A stretch of 64,000 bases of DNA from contig OZ024759.1 of the NCBI GenBank assembly GCA_964016885.1, forward strand, positions 22,382,001 to 22,446,000. Direction: 5' to 3'. How positions within the stretch are numbered: position 1 is the first letter of the stretch; each line of letters starts with the position of its first letter. Below the pieces are notes generated by a model. It was not told the origin of the DNA and did not search any database. It saw only the letters and a list, made by a program, of their open reading frames with translations. The translations under genes and the position numbers were made by a program. Of the stretch, positions 38,120 through 51,289 are shown in pieces. This DNA is from Eledone cirrhosa (Eukaryota).

Positions 38120-39528
38120 CAGGGTGCGGACGATATTTATTCGCAATTTTCAACTGGTAATTTTATGCAAAATTTTTTTACTTCTGTTGTCACTCTTGTC
38201 TTCATAAAAACAGTGACTATATTTCCATTATTTATTTTCAGAATAATTGATTATGAATAATTTTGAACCTCCAAATTTGTGGAAGAGACACAGAGTTCTT
38301 CTTGGAATCCATGCCGGATTGTCTTCATGTTTGTCTTCATGACTTGTTCTTTTGATCTCACTCGATAAACCCGCCATTGGCTTTGATGACGGCCTCAAGG
38401 CGGCCTCGGAACTGGCTACAGGCCTTCATCACTGTCCCCCGACTTAGGCCCCTAAAGGCACTTGTAATTCTGGCCTTCAGATCGTCTTTCGTATTGCAGC
38501 TAGATCTGTTGGTGTCTCGTTCCACTGCGCCCCACACAAAGAAGTCGAGGGGGTTGCAGTCAGGCGAGCTGGGAGGCCAGATGTCAGGTGAAGTGGTCAA
38601 CGAAGTTCTCTGACAGCCAGGCTTGGGTCTTTCGGCTGGTATGGCAGGGCGCCACACGTACGGCCTACCTGCAGCTACCTGGTCGATCCAGGGCTTTACT
38701 ACCTCGCTCAGAACGCGGATATAGCCATCGGTGTTCAGCTTGAGGCCTTCAGGGGAGAAGTGAGGTGGCATGAGATCACCTTGACTGCTGATGACACCTA
38801 AGACCAATGTTGTCGCTGGAAACTTTGTCTGCATGACTCTGGGCACGTCTTTGGATGAGACAGCGAGCCACCTGTTGTTCTGGGAGTTGATCTTCTGGTC
38901 TTGGCAGAAGTTTTTCTCGTCGGGGAAAAACCACAGCATGTCTGGCTCCAGTGGGTGTTTCAACTTGTTGATCAGCTTCTTTGTGTGCTTCAGTCGCTTT
39001 TCTTGCATCGCGTTTGACAGAAATTGTCCTTTCCTCATCTTGTATGAAACGTAGCGAATGTCTTCATGTACCACCAGCCTAATGAGCTTTTCATCCACGC
39101 CTTTCTCCCTTGCAATGGCACGCATCGATTTGCTAGGTTCATTGTTGATGATATCCTGAACTTCAGCGACGAACTCGGGCGTTCTGAAGGCATCAGATCG
39201 TTGATCATGTGTTTTCCTCTATGATGTTGCTTCATAGTCGAATCCTGAATCTTCCAATTCCTTTCTGACCTTTTCCACCATTCTCCTGCTGACGCTGAGA
39301 AAGTCTGAAATTTCCTTATTTGTCCTTCCGGCGCGGATTCCAAGAAGAACTCTGTGTCGTCTCTTCCACAAATTTGGAGGTTCAAAATTATTCATAATCA
39401 ATTATTCTGAAAATAAATAATGGAAATATAGTCACTGTTTTTATGAAGACAAGAGTGACAACGGAAGTAAAAAAAATTTGCATAAAATTAGCAGTTGAAA
39501 ATTGCAAACAAATATTGTCCACACCCTG
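38120..39528 (-). mobile_element. Tc1/mariner superfamily transposon (maT/DD37D-like) with TIRs of about 200 bp and TA target
   Basis: ta|cagggtg ... caccctg|ta; TIRs 38120-38318 and 39327-39528. Confidence 0.92.
38358..39395 (-). pseudogene. Frameshifted maT-like transposase
   Basis: HTH region, DEKNF, NSQNNRW, WPPSSPDCNPLDFFVWG, RLEAVIKANGGFIE; the second catalytic Asp region (QQD) is deleted. Confidence 0.88.
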
Positions 39529-39726
39529 TATATATGTATTATATAATATATATATTATATATAGATTATGGTAATCCATTCCTATCCAATCCAGGGCCTT
39601 CTCACTCATGTTGGGCGAACCCCTCCCTGGTTGACCTCCACTGCTTTCTTGTTGGTTTTGGTCATGTCTGGGGTGTAGCCGTATTAACCATTGTTCAATT
39701 ACTGGTTGGAGAAGCTATTTAACCCA

Positions 39727-40550
39727 TAGACATGGCAAATGATTCCCCAAATGGAACCCAAATGTGCCAGAATGTGGAGTCAGACCGAACACAAGTCTTG
39801 GGTCGACATGTAACTATAGTAAATAATGCCCCAAATAGTACCCAAATGTGCCAGAATGTGGAGTCAGACCAAACACAAGTCTTGGGTCGACATGTAACTA
39901 TAGTAAATAATGCCCCAAATAGTACCCAAATGTGCCAGAATGTGGAGTCAGACCAAACACAAGTCTTGGGTCGACATGTAACTATAGTAAATAATGCCCC
40001 AAATAGTACCCAAATGTGCCAGAATGTGGAGTCAGACCAAACACAAGTCTTGGGTCGACATGTAACTATAGTAAATAATGCCCCAAATAGTACCCAAATG
40101 TGCCAGAATGTGGAGTCAGACCAAACACAAGTCTTGGGTCGACATGTAACTATAGTAAATAATGCCCCAAATAGTACCCAAATGTGCCAGAATGTGGAGT
40201 CAGACCAAACACAAGTCTTGGGTCGACATGTAACTATAGTAAATAATGCCCCAAATAGTACCCAAATGTGCCAGAATGTGGAGTCAGACCAAACACAAGT
40301 CTTGGGTCGACATGTAACTATAGTAAATAATGCCCCAAATAGTACCCAAATGTGCCAGAATGTGGAGTCAGATCAAACACAAGTCTTGGGTCGACATGTA
40401 ACTATAGTAAATAATGCCCCAAATAGTACCCAAAGGTACCAGAATGTGGAGTCAGACCAAACACAAGTCTTGGGTCGACATGTAACTATGGTAAATAATG
40501 CCCCAAATAGTACCCAAATGTGGCAGAATTTGGAATTAGACCGAACATGG
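39727..40550. repeat. 84-bp tandem repeat, about 10 units, open in one + frame (39732-40559)
   Basis: 28-aa unit NNAPNSTQMCQNVESDQTQVLGRHVTIV. Confidence 0.95.
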
Positions 40551-40785
40551 GATTATTAAATGAAATTCTTAACTATTCAGCCCTGCTGCCTCCATCAGCC
40601 TTTCCAGTTCGATAAGAAACCAAAAGCTTGATCAAAGACAACAAGAAGTGCTACTTCCAAGGCAAATTTGCCATTCCTTTGATTTCCAAGGTTAAGTAAG
40701 ATCAGCATTCTTATGAAGCAATACTTAAAAATGGCAACAAGAAGAATGCCTCGAACAAAGGCAGATGATATCTTAGAATCAGACG

Positions 40786-41004
40786 ATCTATCTATCTATT
40801 TATCCATATATCTGTCTATCCATCTATCTATCTATCTATCTATCTATCTAAGTATCTATCTATCTATGTAAGTATCTATCTATATATCTCTATCTATCTA
40901 TCAATTTGTGTGTCTGTATATATGTATGGATGTATATGCATATATATATATATGTGTATATATATATGCATGTATATATGTGTATATATATATGCATGTA
41001 AATG

Positions 41005-41051
<47 letters not shown>

Positions 41052-41190
41052 GCATATATATACATATATATATACATATATATATATGCACGTATGTATA
41101 TGTACATATGTATGTGTGTATGTATGTATATATATATATATGTATGTATATATATATATATGTATGTGTGTATGTATATATATATGTTTA
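40786..41190. repeat. (TATC)n then (TA)n microsatellite
   Basis: Direct reading. Confidence 0.9.
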
Positions 41191-41504
41191 CATACAACAA
41201 CGTATAAATACATAATGAAGTTTGTATATACTTATATGTATTCCATTTCTGCAATAAAACACTAATCGCCTAAACATATTCCCTTACAACTCATCCGTAG
41301 CATTCATTCATGTATTTGTCTGTGTTTCTGTCAATTCCTGTAAGTATCAAATAACATTCACAAGTAGAATAGGATATAATCCTTGTGTGATTTAACACCT
41401 CTTATGTTTAGGAAACTTTATTTCAAGACCAGCGGCGTCAGTATTTGCTAAATCAACGTATTTAATCAAAGTTCTGACACCTTCTACTACCACGAGAACC
41501 CAGC

Positions 41505-41800
41505 ATCGCCGCGTGGCTAAGATGTTCGCTTGGCAATTATTAGGGGGTTTGAGTTCAATCAGATAGAATGCTTTGTGGTGTTCATTCTGGATCTCTGCTT
41601 TCTGAGTTCAAATCCCCCTGAGGTCAACTTTGCCTATCCTCCATTCAAGGCCGATAAAAAAGTACCAGTCAAGTACTGAGGTCGATTCTTTCTCTATATC
41701 TCTTTCTCACTTCCATTCTCTCACTCTCTATATCCTTCCCTGGAAGAAATCTGCTGTATTCATATCTGGAGAGAAGATGGGCTCTGCAAGGTTTTAAAAG
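41505..41800 (+). mobile_element. SINE family 2
   Basis: gagttcaaatccccctgaggtcaactttgcc...gataaaaaagtaccagtc...gaagaaatctgctgtattc; reverse of 16880-17135. Confidence 0.7.
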
Positions 41801-42091
41801 AGGACATGGGCTCTGCAAGATTTTAAAAGAGGACATGGGCTCTGCAAGGTTTTAAAAGAGGAGATGGGCTCTGCAAGGTTTTAAAAGAGGACATGGGCTC
41901 TGCAAGGTTTTAAAAGAGGACATGGGCTCTGCAAGGTTTTAAAAGAGGAGATGGGCTCTGCAAGGTTTTAAAAGAGGAGATGGGCTCTGCAAGGTTTTAA
42001 AAGAGGAGATGGGCTCTGCAAGGTTTTAAAAGAGGAGATGGGCTCTGCAAGGTTTTAAAAGAGGAGATGGGCTCTGCAAGGTTTTAAAAGA
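41777..42091. repeat. 29-bp tandem repeat, about 11 units
   Basis: Unit atgggctctgcaaggttttaaaagagga(c/g). Confidence 0.95.
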
Positions 42092-42465
42092 AAGATACCC
42101 TCAGAAATGCTGTATGCCAATACGTTGCTCCTACGACACCCTGATGAGTTATGGGACCATTCATGCTTACACCTTCTACCATCACCTACACTCAGCATGG
42201 CCGCATAAATGCATACAAGTAAACACACATAAACACAGACATACACTCAGAACAAATGAATTTACCAAGAAATGGTAGATGGAACGTCACAACTGCAGTA
42301 TGTGGAATAGGTGGGTGGGAGTAGGTGTGGTGTATGGGGGTGGGGGTGGGCGATGGTTAGGTATGGGGGCATCTGATAGTTTATTGGCAATCCAATTTGT
42401 ATGTCAAGAACTAAACAAGTGAACGCCTACATGTATATACGTATATATATATATGTATACACGTA

Positions 42466-42503
<38 letters not shown>

Positions 42504-42621
42504 TGTATATAATTATATATATATATATATATGTATGTATATATATATGTATATGTGTATATATATATATATATAGGTATATATATGTATATATATATGT
42601 ATATATATATATATGTATATG

Positions 42622-42705
42622 TCGACCAGACACTGCCCACAACAGGACAACCCATCTAACCCTTGCTAGCATGGAAGAACGGACGTAAAACGATGATGAT
42701 GATGA
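42622..42705 (+). mobile_element. Very short 3' tail insertion of RTE family A
   Basis: Matches 44246-44337; embedded in a TA microsatellite. Confidence 0.85.
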
Positions 42706-42991
42706 TATATGTATATATATATATATATGTATATATGTATATATATATGTATATATGTATATATAGATGTATATATATATATATGTGTATATATGTATAT
42801 ATGTATATATAGATGTATATGTATATATATGTGTGTATATGTATATGTATATATACATATATGTATATGTATATATGTATATATATATGTGTGTATATGT
42901 ATATGTATATATATATATGTATATATATATGTATATATCTATATATATATGTATATATATTTATATATATATATTTATATGTATATATATA

Positions 42992-43024
<33 letters not shown>

Positions 43025-43039
43025 ATGTATATATATATG

Positions 43040-43072
<33 letters not shown>

Positions 43073-43196
43073 GTATGTATATATGTATATATATATGTAT
43101 GTATATATGTATGTATATATATATGTATGTATATATATATATGTATGTATATATATATATGTATATATATATGTATATATATATGTATATATATAT

Positions 43197-43532
43197 GGAG
43201 GCACATGGCTTAGTGGTTACAGCATTGGCCTTGCAATCGAAAGGTTGTGAGTTCAATTCTCAGACCAGGTGATGTGTTGTTTCCTTGAGCTAGACACTTT
43301 ATTTCCCATTGCTCCAGTTTACTCAGCTGTAGAAATGAGATGATAGGGACTTAGGCCCCTATCATTCCACTGTAAAGTGGTCGTGGAGGTGCCACGGCAA
43401 AAAAGCACCCAGCACTCACTGTAAATGAGGTTGGTGTTAGGAAGGGCATCCAGCTGTAGAAATCAAGCCAGAATCAGTTCCTGTCCCACCCTTGCAAGCA
43501 GGGAAAAGCGGACATAAAATTATGATGATGAT

Positions 43533-43535
<3 letters not shown>
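43197..43535 (+). mobile_element. tRNA-derived SINE family 1
   Basis: Full head to tail. Confidence 0.93.
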
Positions 43536-43600
<65 letters not shown>

Positions 43601-43802
43601 GATATATATATAAATGTATATATATATATATATAGATATATATATAAATGTATATATATATATATATATAAATGTATATATATATATGTATATATGTATA
43701 TATATATATATATGTATATATGTATATATATATATGTATATATTTATATATATATATATGTATATATTTATATATATATATATGTATATATGTATATATA
43801 TA

Positions 43803-44337
43803 CGCTGGTATGGACATGTGATGCGTATGAAGGATGACAGCTGCATAAAAAGGTGCAGAGCACTAGAAGTTGATGGAAACCGCGGAGTGGGGAGACCCAA
43901 GATGACTTGGGATGAGGTGATAAAAGCCGACCTTACCCAACTACACCTCTCAAAGTCAATGACACACGACCGTGACTTCTGGCGTCACGCAGTAATACAG
44001 GGTACCCGACCTCCCATGGGTACATGCTGAAGCATATAAACAATATGCCCCCCCCCCCCCCCCCACCGCAAGGTGGTCGTGGAGGTGCCACGGCAAAAAA
44101 GCACCCAGCCCACACTGTAAAGTGGACGTGTAGGCGCCACGAAAAAGCACCCAGCACTCACTGTAAATGAGGTTGGTGTTAGGAAGGGCATCCAGCTGTA
44201 GAAATCAAGCCAGATCAGTTCCTGTATGAGCAAGGCATGGTCAGCCGACCAGACACTGCCCACAACAGGACAACCCGTCTAACCCATGCTAGCGTGGAAG
44301 AACGGACGTAAAACGGTGATGATGATGATGATGATGA
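43803..44337 (+). mobile_element. RTE family A 3' fragment
   Basis: Near-identical reverse complement of 1644-2165. Confidence 0.93.
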
Positions 44338-44365
44338 TATATATATATATGTGTATATATATATA

Positions 44366-44396
<31 letters not shown>

Positions 44397-44545
44397 GTGT
44401 ATATATATATGTATATATATGTGTATATATATATGTATATATATGTATATATATATATGTGTATATGTATATATATATATGTGTATATGTATATATATAT
44501 ATGTGTATATGTATATATATATATGTGTATGTGTATATATATATA

Positions 44546-44584
<39 letters not shown>

Positions 44585-45139
44585 ATATATATATATGTGT
44601 ATATATATATATGTGTATATATATATATATGTGTGTATATATATATATGTGTATATATATATATATGTGTATATATATATATATGTGTATATATATATAT
44701 ATGTGTATATATATATATATGTGTATATATATATATATATATGTGTATATATGTATATATATATGTGTATATATGTATATATATATGTGTATATATGTAT
44801 ATATATATGTGTATATATGTATATATATATGTGTATATATGTATATATATATGTGTATATATATATATATATGTGTATATATATATATATGTGTATATAT
44901 ATATATATGTGTATATATATATATATATATGTGTATATATATATATATATGTGTATATATGTGTATATATGTATATATATGTATATATATATGTGTATAT
45001 ATATGTATATATATGTATATATATATGTGTATATATGTATATATATGTATATATATGTATATATATATGTGTATATATGTATATATATGTGTATATATCT
45101 ATATATATGTGTATATATGTATATATATATATATGTGTA

Positions 45140-45178
<39 letters not shown>

Positions 45179-45567
45179 ATATATGTATATACCTATATAT
45201 ATATATGTGTATATATGTATATATATATATGTGTATATATGTATATATATATATGTGTATATATGTATATATATATATGTGTATATATGTATATATATAT
45301 ATGTGTATATATGTATATATATGTATATATATATCTGTGTATATATGTATATATATGTATATATATATGTATATATGTATATATATATATATATGTATAT
45401 ATATATGTATATATGTATATATATATATACGTGTATATATGTATATATATATATGTGTGTATATATGTATAAATATATATATGTATAAATATATATATGT
45501 ATATATATATATATGTATATGTATATATATATGTATGTGTATATATATATATGTATATGTATATATG

Positions 45568-45599
<32 letters not shown>

Positions 45600-46050
45600 T
45601 GTACATATTGTGTATATATATATATATATGTGTATATATATATATGTGTATATATATATGTATATATATATATGTGTGTATATATATGTGTGTATATATA
45701 TTTGTATATATATATATGTGTATATATATATATGTGTATATATATATGTGTATATATATATGTGTATATATATATATGTGTATATATGTGTATATATATA
45801 TATGTGTATATATATGTGTATATATATGTATATATATATGTATATATATATGTGTATATATATATATGTGTATATATATATATATGTGTATATATATATA
45901 TGTGTATATATATATATGTGTATATATATATATGTGTATATATATATGTGTATATATATATATGTGTATATATATATATGTGTATATATATATATATGTG
46001 TATATATATATATATATCTGTATATATATATATGTGTATATATATATATA

Positions 46051-46081
<31 letters not shown>

Positions 46082-46500
46082 GTGTATATATATATGTGTA
46101 TATATATATATATATATGTGTATATATATATTTGTGTATATATATATTTATATATATATCTATGTATATATATGTATATATATATATGTATGTATATATA
46201 TATATATATATGTATATATCTATATATGTATATATATATATATATATATGTGTATATATATATGTATATATATATATATATATATATGTATTTATATATA
46301 TATATGTATATATATATATGTATCTATATATATATATTTATGTGTATGTATATGTATATATGTGTATATGTATATATGTATCTATATATATATTTATATA
46401 TTTATGTGTATGTATATGTATATATGTGTATATATATATGTATATATATATATATATGTATTTATATATATATATGTATATATATATATGTATCTATATA
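44338..46500. repeat. 2.2-kb (TA)n/(TATG)n microsatellite
   Basis: Direct reading. Confidence 0.98.
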
Positions 46501-47305
46501 AAATATTAAAAAAATAATGAATAAAACAATGAAACAGTTCCTTATATTAAACAAAAAAAGTTCATTATTTAACGATCGTTTCTAGGATATATATGTGTTA
46601 CAATTGGCATGCATATTCAACAGATCTATGTACAAAATTATACAAACTATCAAAATTAAATATACATACCAAACACATATATATGCCGTCTTCAGAAATA
46701 ATCTATATATATATATTTATGTGTATGTATATGTATATATGTGTATATGTATATATGTATCTATCTATATATATATATATATTTATGTGTATGTATATGT
46801 ATATATGTATATATGTATCTATCTATCTATATATATTTATGTGTATGTATATGTATATATATGTGTATATGTATATATGTATCTATCTATCTATATATAT
46901 ATATGTGTGTGTGTGTGTATACATATATACATACATTTGTTTTCCAAACAACAGACTGTCAATAGATTTAAGGAGATTATAAATTTTATTCCGTGTTGGC
47001 CTCAATAATTTACTGAGGCCATATTGGATTATTGGGTTGGACACACTCACACACACACACACACATATATATAACATACACCCTCGTGCATGTATACCCA
47101 TATACACAGCTACACATGTATACATATATACACACATGTGCACTCACATACATATGCACATATACATACGTAACACACACTCATACACACGTGTATATCT
47201 GCATAACACCCTTTAACATATACATGCTCACACATTAGAAATAATTTCTCTTAGAACATACACACACATACACACACATAACTACCTCACATATATATAT
47301 ATATA

Positions 47306-50030
47306 TTTTGAGTATATGTTGGTTGTATGCAGGCTGGAGCACTCAACGAAGTGCGCAGGTTGGTTTGGTTACTCCGGAGTAAAATAAAATAAAATAAATA
47401 AGTCAAATGTTTAAAATTTGGCTTCGTTTATTACTGCTATATATATATTTCGGTGACAGCCATATTTGGCTGTGACCTCTTCAGGCAGTCCAAATTAGTG
47501 TGGTAGAGACGAGTACACATGTTGTTGAAGTGTATAACTTTGTCAGTACTCTGATATGCCCAGTTCCTGGTTGGGTTGTTATTTCACTGAGGAAATGGAA
47601 TCATATGAATTTAAACAAACGAATTTCAGTGTCAAAGGGCCCCTTCTCCTCTCATTGGTCAGTTGTTAGAACATTCCACAGTCAAAAGTCTACAGAAATT
47701 CGTTCTGAGGCAAGCCAATCTGTAGTTGTTGTTCTTGTTATTGTTAGGTATATCTGATCTCTATTCTTATGTTGGTAGTGGTGTTGTTGTTGGAGTCAGC
47801 TAAAAAAAAAGGTGATAAAGTGGTAGAAGGAATAAGATGGTAAAAGAACAAGATAAAATAAAATAATCGAATAAAATGTGTGTGTGTGTGTGTGTTATAC
47901 CCATCTCAATGTTATAAAGATTTGTAAGGTCAAAGTTCCCATTGGTCAGTTTTGAGAGCATTCCTCAGTCCAAAGTCTATAGAAATTCTTTCTGGGGTGA
48001 GGCTCCCTGTAGTGTTTGTGTTTGCTATTGTTAAGTACATCTGACCTCTACCCTTATTTTGGTAGTGTTGTTGGTGTTGTGGTCAGCTTATGTCTTGCTG
48101 CTGCTGACAATTTAGAAGTATCTGTGTGTGAGTTTCTTCATCCCTCCAGCCACCATCTCCCGTGGTGGTGGTGGTGGTGGCAGAGGGGTTCTGCCATGTA
48201 TATGAAGAAATAGAAGGCAATAAAATGAAATGAAATGAAGAAAACAGAAAATAAATAATAAATAGAGAATAAATGAAAAATTAATGAAAAAATAATGAAG
48301 AATGAATATGGAAAATGAAAAATGAAGATTAGAAGTGAAAAATAAAAATGAAGATTCAAATAAAATAAGATAAAATGTGTGTGTGCTATAACCAATCTCA
48401 AGGTCAGAAATATGTTGGATAGAGTGGTAGGAGGAACAAGATGGTAAAAGAATAAAACGAAATAGCATAATCAAATAAAATGTGTGTGTGTTATAACCAA
48501 TCTCAACTTAAATATAACTATAAGGTGATAAAGTGAAGAAAACAGAAAACAAATAACAAATGAATAATGAGAAATCAAAAATGAAAAATGAAAAATCAAG
48601 TAAATTAAAATGTGTGTGGGTTATAAAGATGTTGGCCAAATTATAAAGGCTGTGTCAGAATCAATCTCTAGGCTATCATGGTGTTTGCTCAGCCTGGGTT
48701 GGTCCCTATGGTTTGAGGGGAGTTCCCAACCTATGGTGTTGTTACTGCCCATATAGCTTGAGGGAGGTCTGGCCGAGAGGTGTCTACATGTGCTGGAGAA
48801 GTCCCTATAGCTTGAGGGGAGTTCACATCTTATTGTGTTGCTACTGTCCATATATCTTGAGGAAGGTCCCGGCCCTGAGGTGTCTGCCTGACCCGAAAAA
48901 GTCGGTTCTGAAGTTTATCAGGCCACTTCCACCTCTTAGTATCTCGAGGGTCTCATTCAGTCATAGTTTGCATATGCAAGATCCCCCTTTATCGGGTGGT
49001 ACTTTCCTGATTATGGACCAGGCCAGAGAGTACGGGTCCTGTCCAGCTTAAGCTTCCAGATCAGGTCGGAGAGAGCCGTACTTTTCCTTTTGGCCTCCTC
49101 ATTGAAGGAATGGCAATGGTTATACCAGCGGTCTTTAAATCTCGTTGATGTGGCTCCTATGTAGAGGTGTTCGGAGTTGGGGATTTTAACCCTACAACCG
49201 TATACTAGGTTCTTCTTAAGGCATTCATTACCAAGTGGGCTTGATTCGGAGTTTCTGCAGTTGCAGAGCGTGGTCGACCTCTGCATCCCTAGATTGGGGT
49301 TCCTGTTAGGTGTTACAAGGTGGTCTTCCCCCAGGCACGGTGGGGGGCCCCGGGTCTGTTTGGGTTTCTTGGGTGGGCACTGGGTCCCCCCTTCCCTCTT
49401 TTCACATGGTTCTGCTGAGTGCTTGTATTGCCATCTTCTGGTTGTGTGTGGTTTTTAAGCCTACTCCTGTTGATGCTAGCTATGTGTTGGGCCAGATTTC
49501 TTGTGGTGGAATACGAGAGCTTCACAGTATGTCTGTTGAAGATCTTGTGGTATCTATGGTCCCTCGGGAAGCATTTATCAAGTGCTCCAAAGAATGATCG
49601 GGCCAAGCTGTTCTTTAGGGCCGCTGAGTAGGGTGGGTTGTACCACGTGATTTTTCTGTGTCTCCTCCTATATGTGTGGGTCGGGGGTGTCGTGAGTTGT
49701 TGGAGATTTGTTGGGTTGCTGGTGGTTCCCGCATTGTTGCTTCCCCTTTGGGCGCTATGTGTTTTGCTATCTTCACGGCCCGAATCTGTGGGGTGGTCAT
49801 TGCCCGTGTTGGGAGATCTATCGTGGGGTGGTCACCCGTTGCCCCCCCCCCCCCACATGTCCTGCGGTTGGGGTCGTCGGGCCTGGGGTGGTTAGCATCA
49901 CCCCTGAGACTGCTACTCATATTGGGTTTCATCTCATGGTTAAGCGTACTCGTCACCAACGCCCGTGTGGTGGTGTCGGGCTCATGTTGCTTATTTGTTT
50001 CTGTTCTGCCTGTATTGTTAGGTTCCCCCC
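47306..50030 (-). mobile_element. Penelope-like element 3' part, left arm of palindrome 1
   Basis: Reverse complement of 50097-52738 plus about 75 bp of extra 3' end; GIY-YIG region frameshifted. Confidence 0.9.
47433..47489 (-). ncRNA. Type I hammerhead ribozyme (PLE pLTR)
   Basis: Reverse complement of the 52631-52687 motif. Confidence 0.8.
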
Positions 50031-50034
50031 CCCC

Positions 50035-50096
50035 AACAACCCTAACTCTAACCCTAACAACCCTAACTCTAACCCTAACAACCCTAACCCTAACCC
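50035..50096. repeat. Telomere-like (AACCCT)n / Asn-Pro spacer at the palindrome centre
   Basis: Three 21-bp units aac-aaccct-aac(t/c)ct-aaccct. Confidence 0.8.
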
Positions 50097-50439
50097 GGGG
50101 GCGAACCTTAACAATACAGGCAGAACAGAAACAAATAGGCAACATGAGCCCGACACCACCACATGGGCGTTGGTGACGAGTACGCTTAACCATGAGATGA
50201 AACCCAATATGAGTAGCAGTCTCAGGGGTGATGCTAACCACCCCAGGCCCGACGACCCCAACCGCAGGACACGTGGAGGGGGGGAGGCAACGGGGGACCA
50301 CCCCACAGTAGATCTCCCAGTGCGGGCAACAACCTCCCCACAGATTCGGGCCGTGAAGATAGCAAAATGCATAGCGCCCAAAGGGGAAGCAACAATGCAG
50401 GAACCACCAGCAACCCAACAAATCTCCAACAACTCACGA

Positions 50440-51289
50440 CACCCCCGACCCACACATATAGGAGGAGACACAGAAAAATCACGTGGTACAACCCACCCTA
50501 CTCAGCGGCCCTAAAGAACAGCTTGGCCCAATCATTCTTTGGAGCACTTGATAAATGCTTCCCAAGGGACCATAGATACCACAAGATCTTCAACAGACAC
50601 ACTGTGAAGCTCTCGTATTCCACCACGAGAAATCTGACGCAACACATAGCTAGCATCAACAGGAGTAGGCTTAAAAACCACACACAACCAGAAGATGGCA
50701 ATACAAGCACTCAGCAGAACCATGTGAAAGGAGGGAAGTGGGGACCCAGTGCCCACCCAAGAAACCCAAACAGACCCGGGGCCCCCCACCGTGCCTGGGG
50801 GAAGACCACCTTGTAACACCTAACAGGAACCCCAATCTAGGGATGCAGAGGTCGACCACGCTCTGCAACTGCAGAAACTCCGAATCAAGCCCACTTGGTA
50901 ATGAATGCCTTAAGAAGAACCTAGTATACGGTTGTAGGGTTAAAACCCCCAACTCCGAACACCTCTACATAGGAGCCACATCAACGAGCTTTAAAGACCG
51001 CTGGTATAACCATCACTATTCCTTCAATAAGGAGGCCAAAAGGAAAAGTACGGCTCTCTCCGACCTGATCTGGAAGCTTAAGCTGGACAGGACCCCGTAC
51101 TCTCTGGCCTGGTCCATAATCAGGAAAGTACCACCCGATAAAGGGGGATCTTGCATATGCAAACTATGTCTGAACGAGACCCTTGAGATACTAAGAGGTG
51201 GAAGCGGCCTGATAACCTTCAGAACTGACTTCTTCGGGACATGCAGATACCTCAGGGCCGGGACCTTCCTCAAGATATATGGACAGTAG
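50440..51289 (+). pseudogene. PLE linker plus GIY-YIG endonuclease (one frameshift)
   Basis: CNCR...PLGNECLKKNLVYGCRV...LYIGATSTSFKDRWYNH..SF...STALSDLIW.LK...CKLCLNE. Confidence 0.88.

Noticed and set aside
43197-44337. SINE-microsatellite-RTE composite apparently mirrored at 1644-3978 (inverted segmental duplication or composite element)
   Set aside because: The two SINE copies differ much more than the RTE parts, and the RTE truncation points differ; independent insertions are simpler.
49615-50514. 268-aa ORFs on both strands crossing the palindrome centre
   Set aside because: Products of the inverted symmetry and GC-rich linker; no domain similarity.
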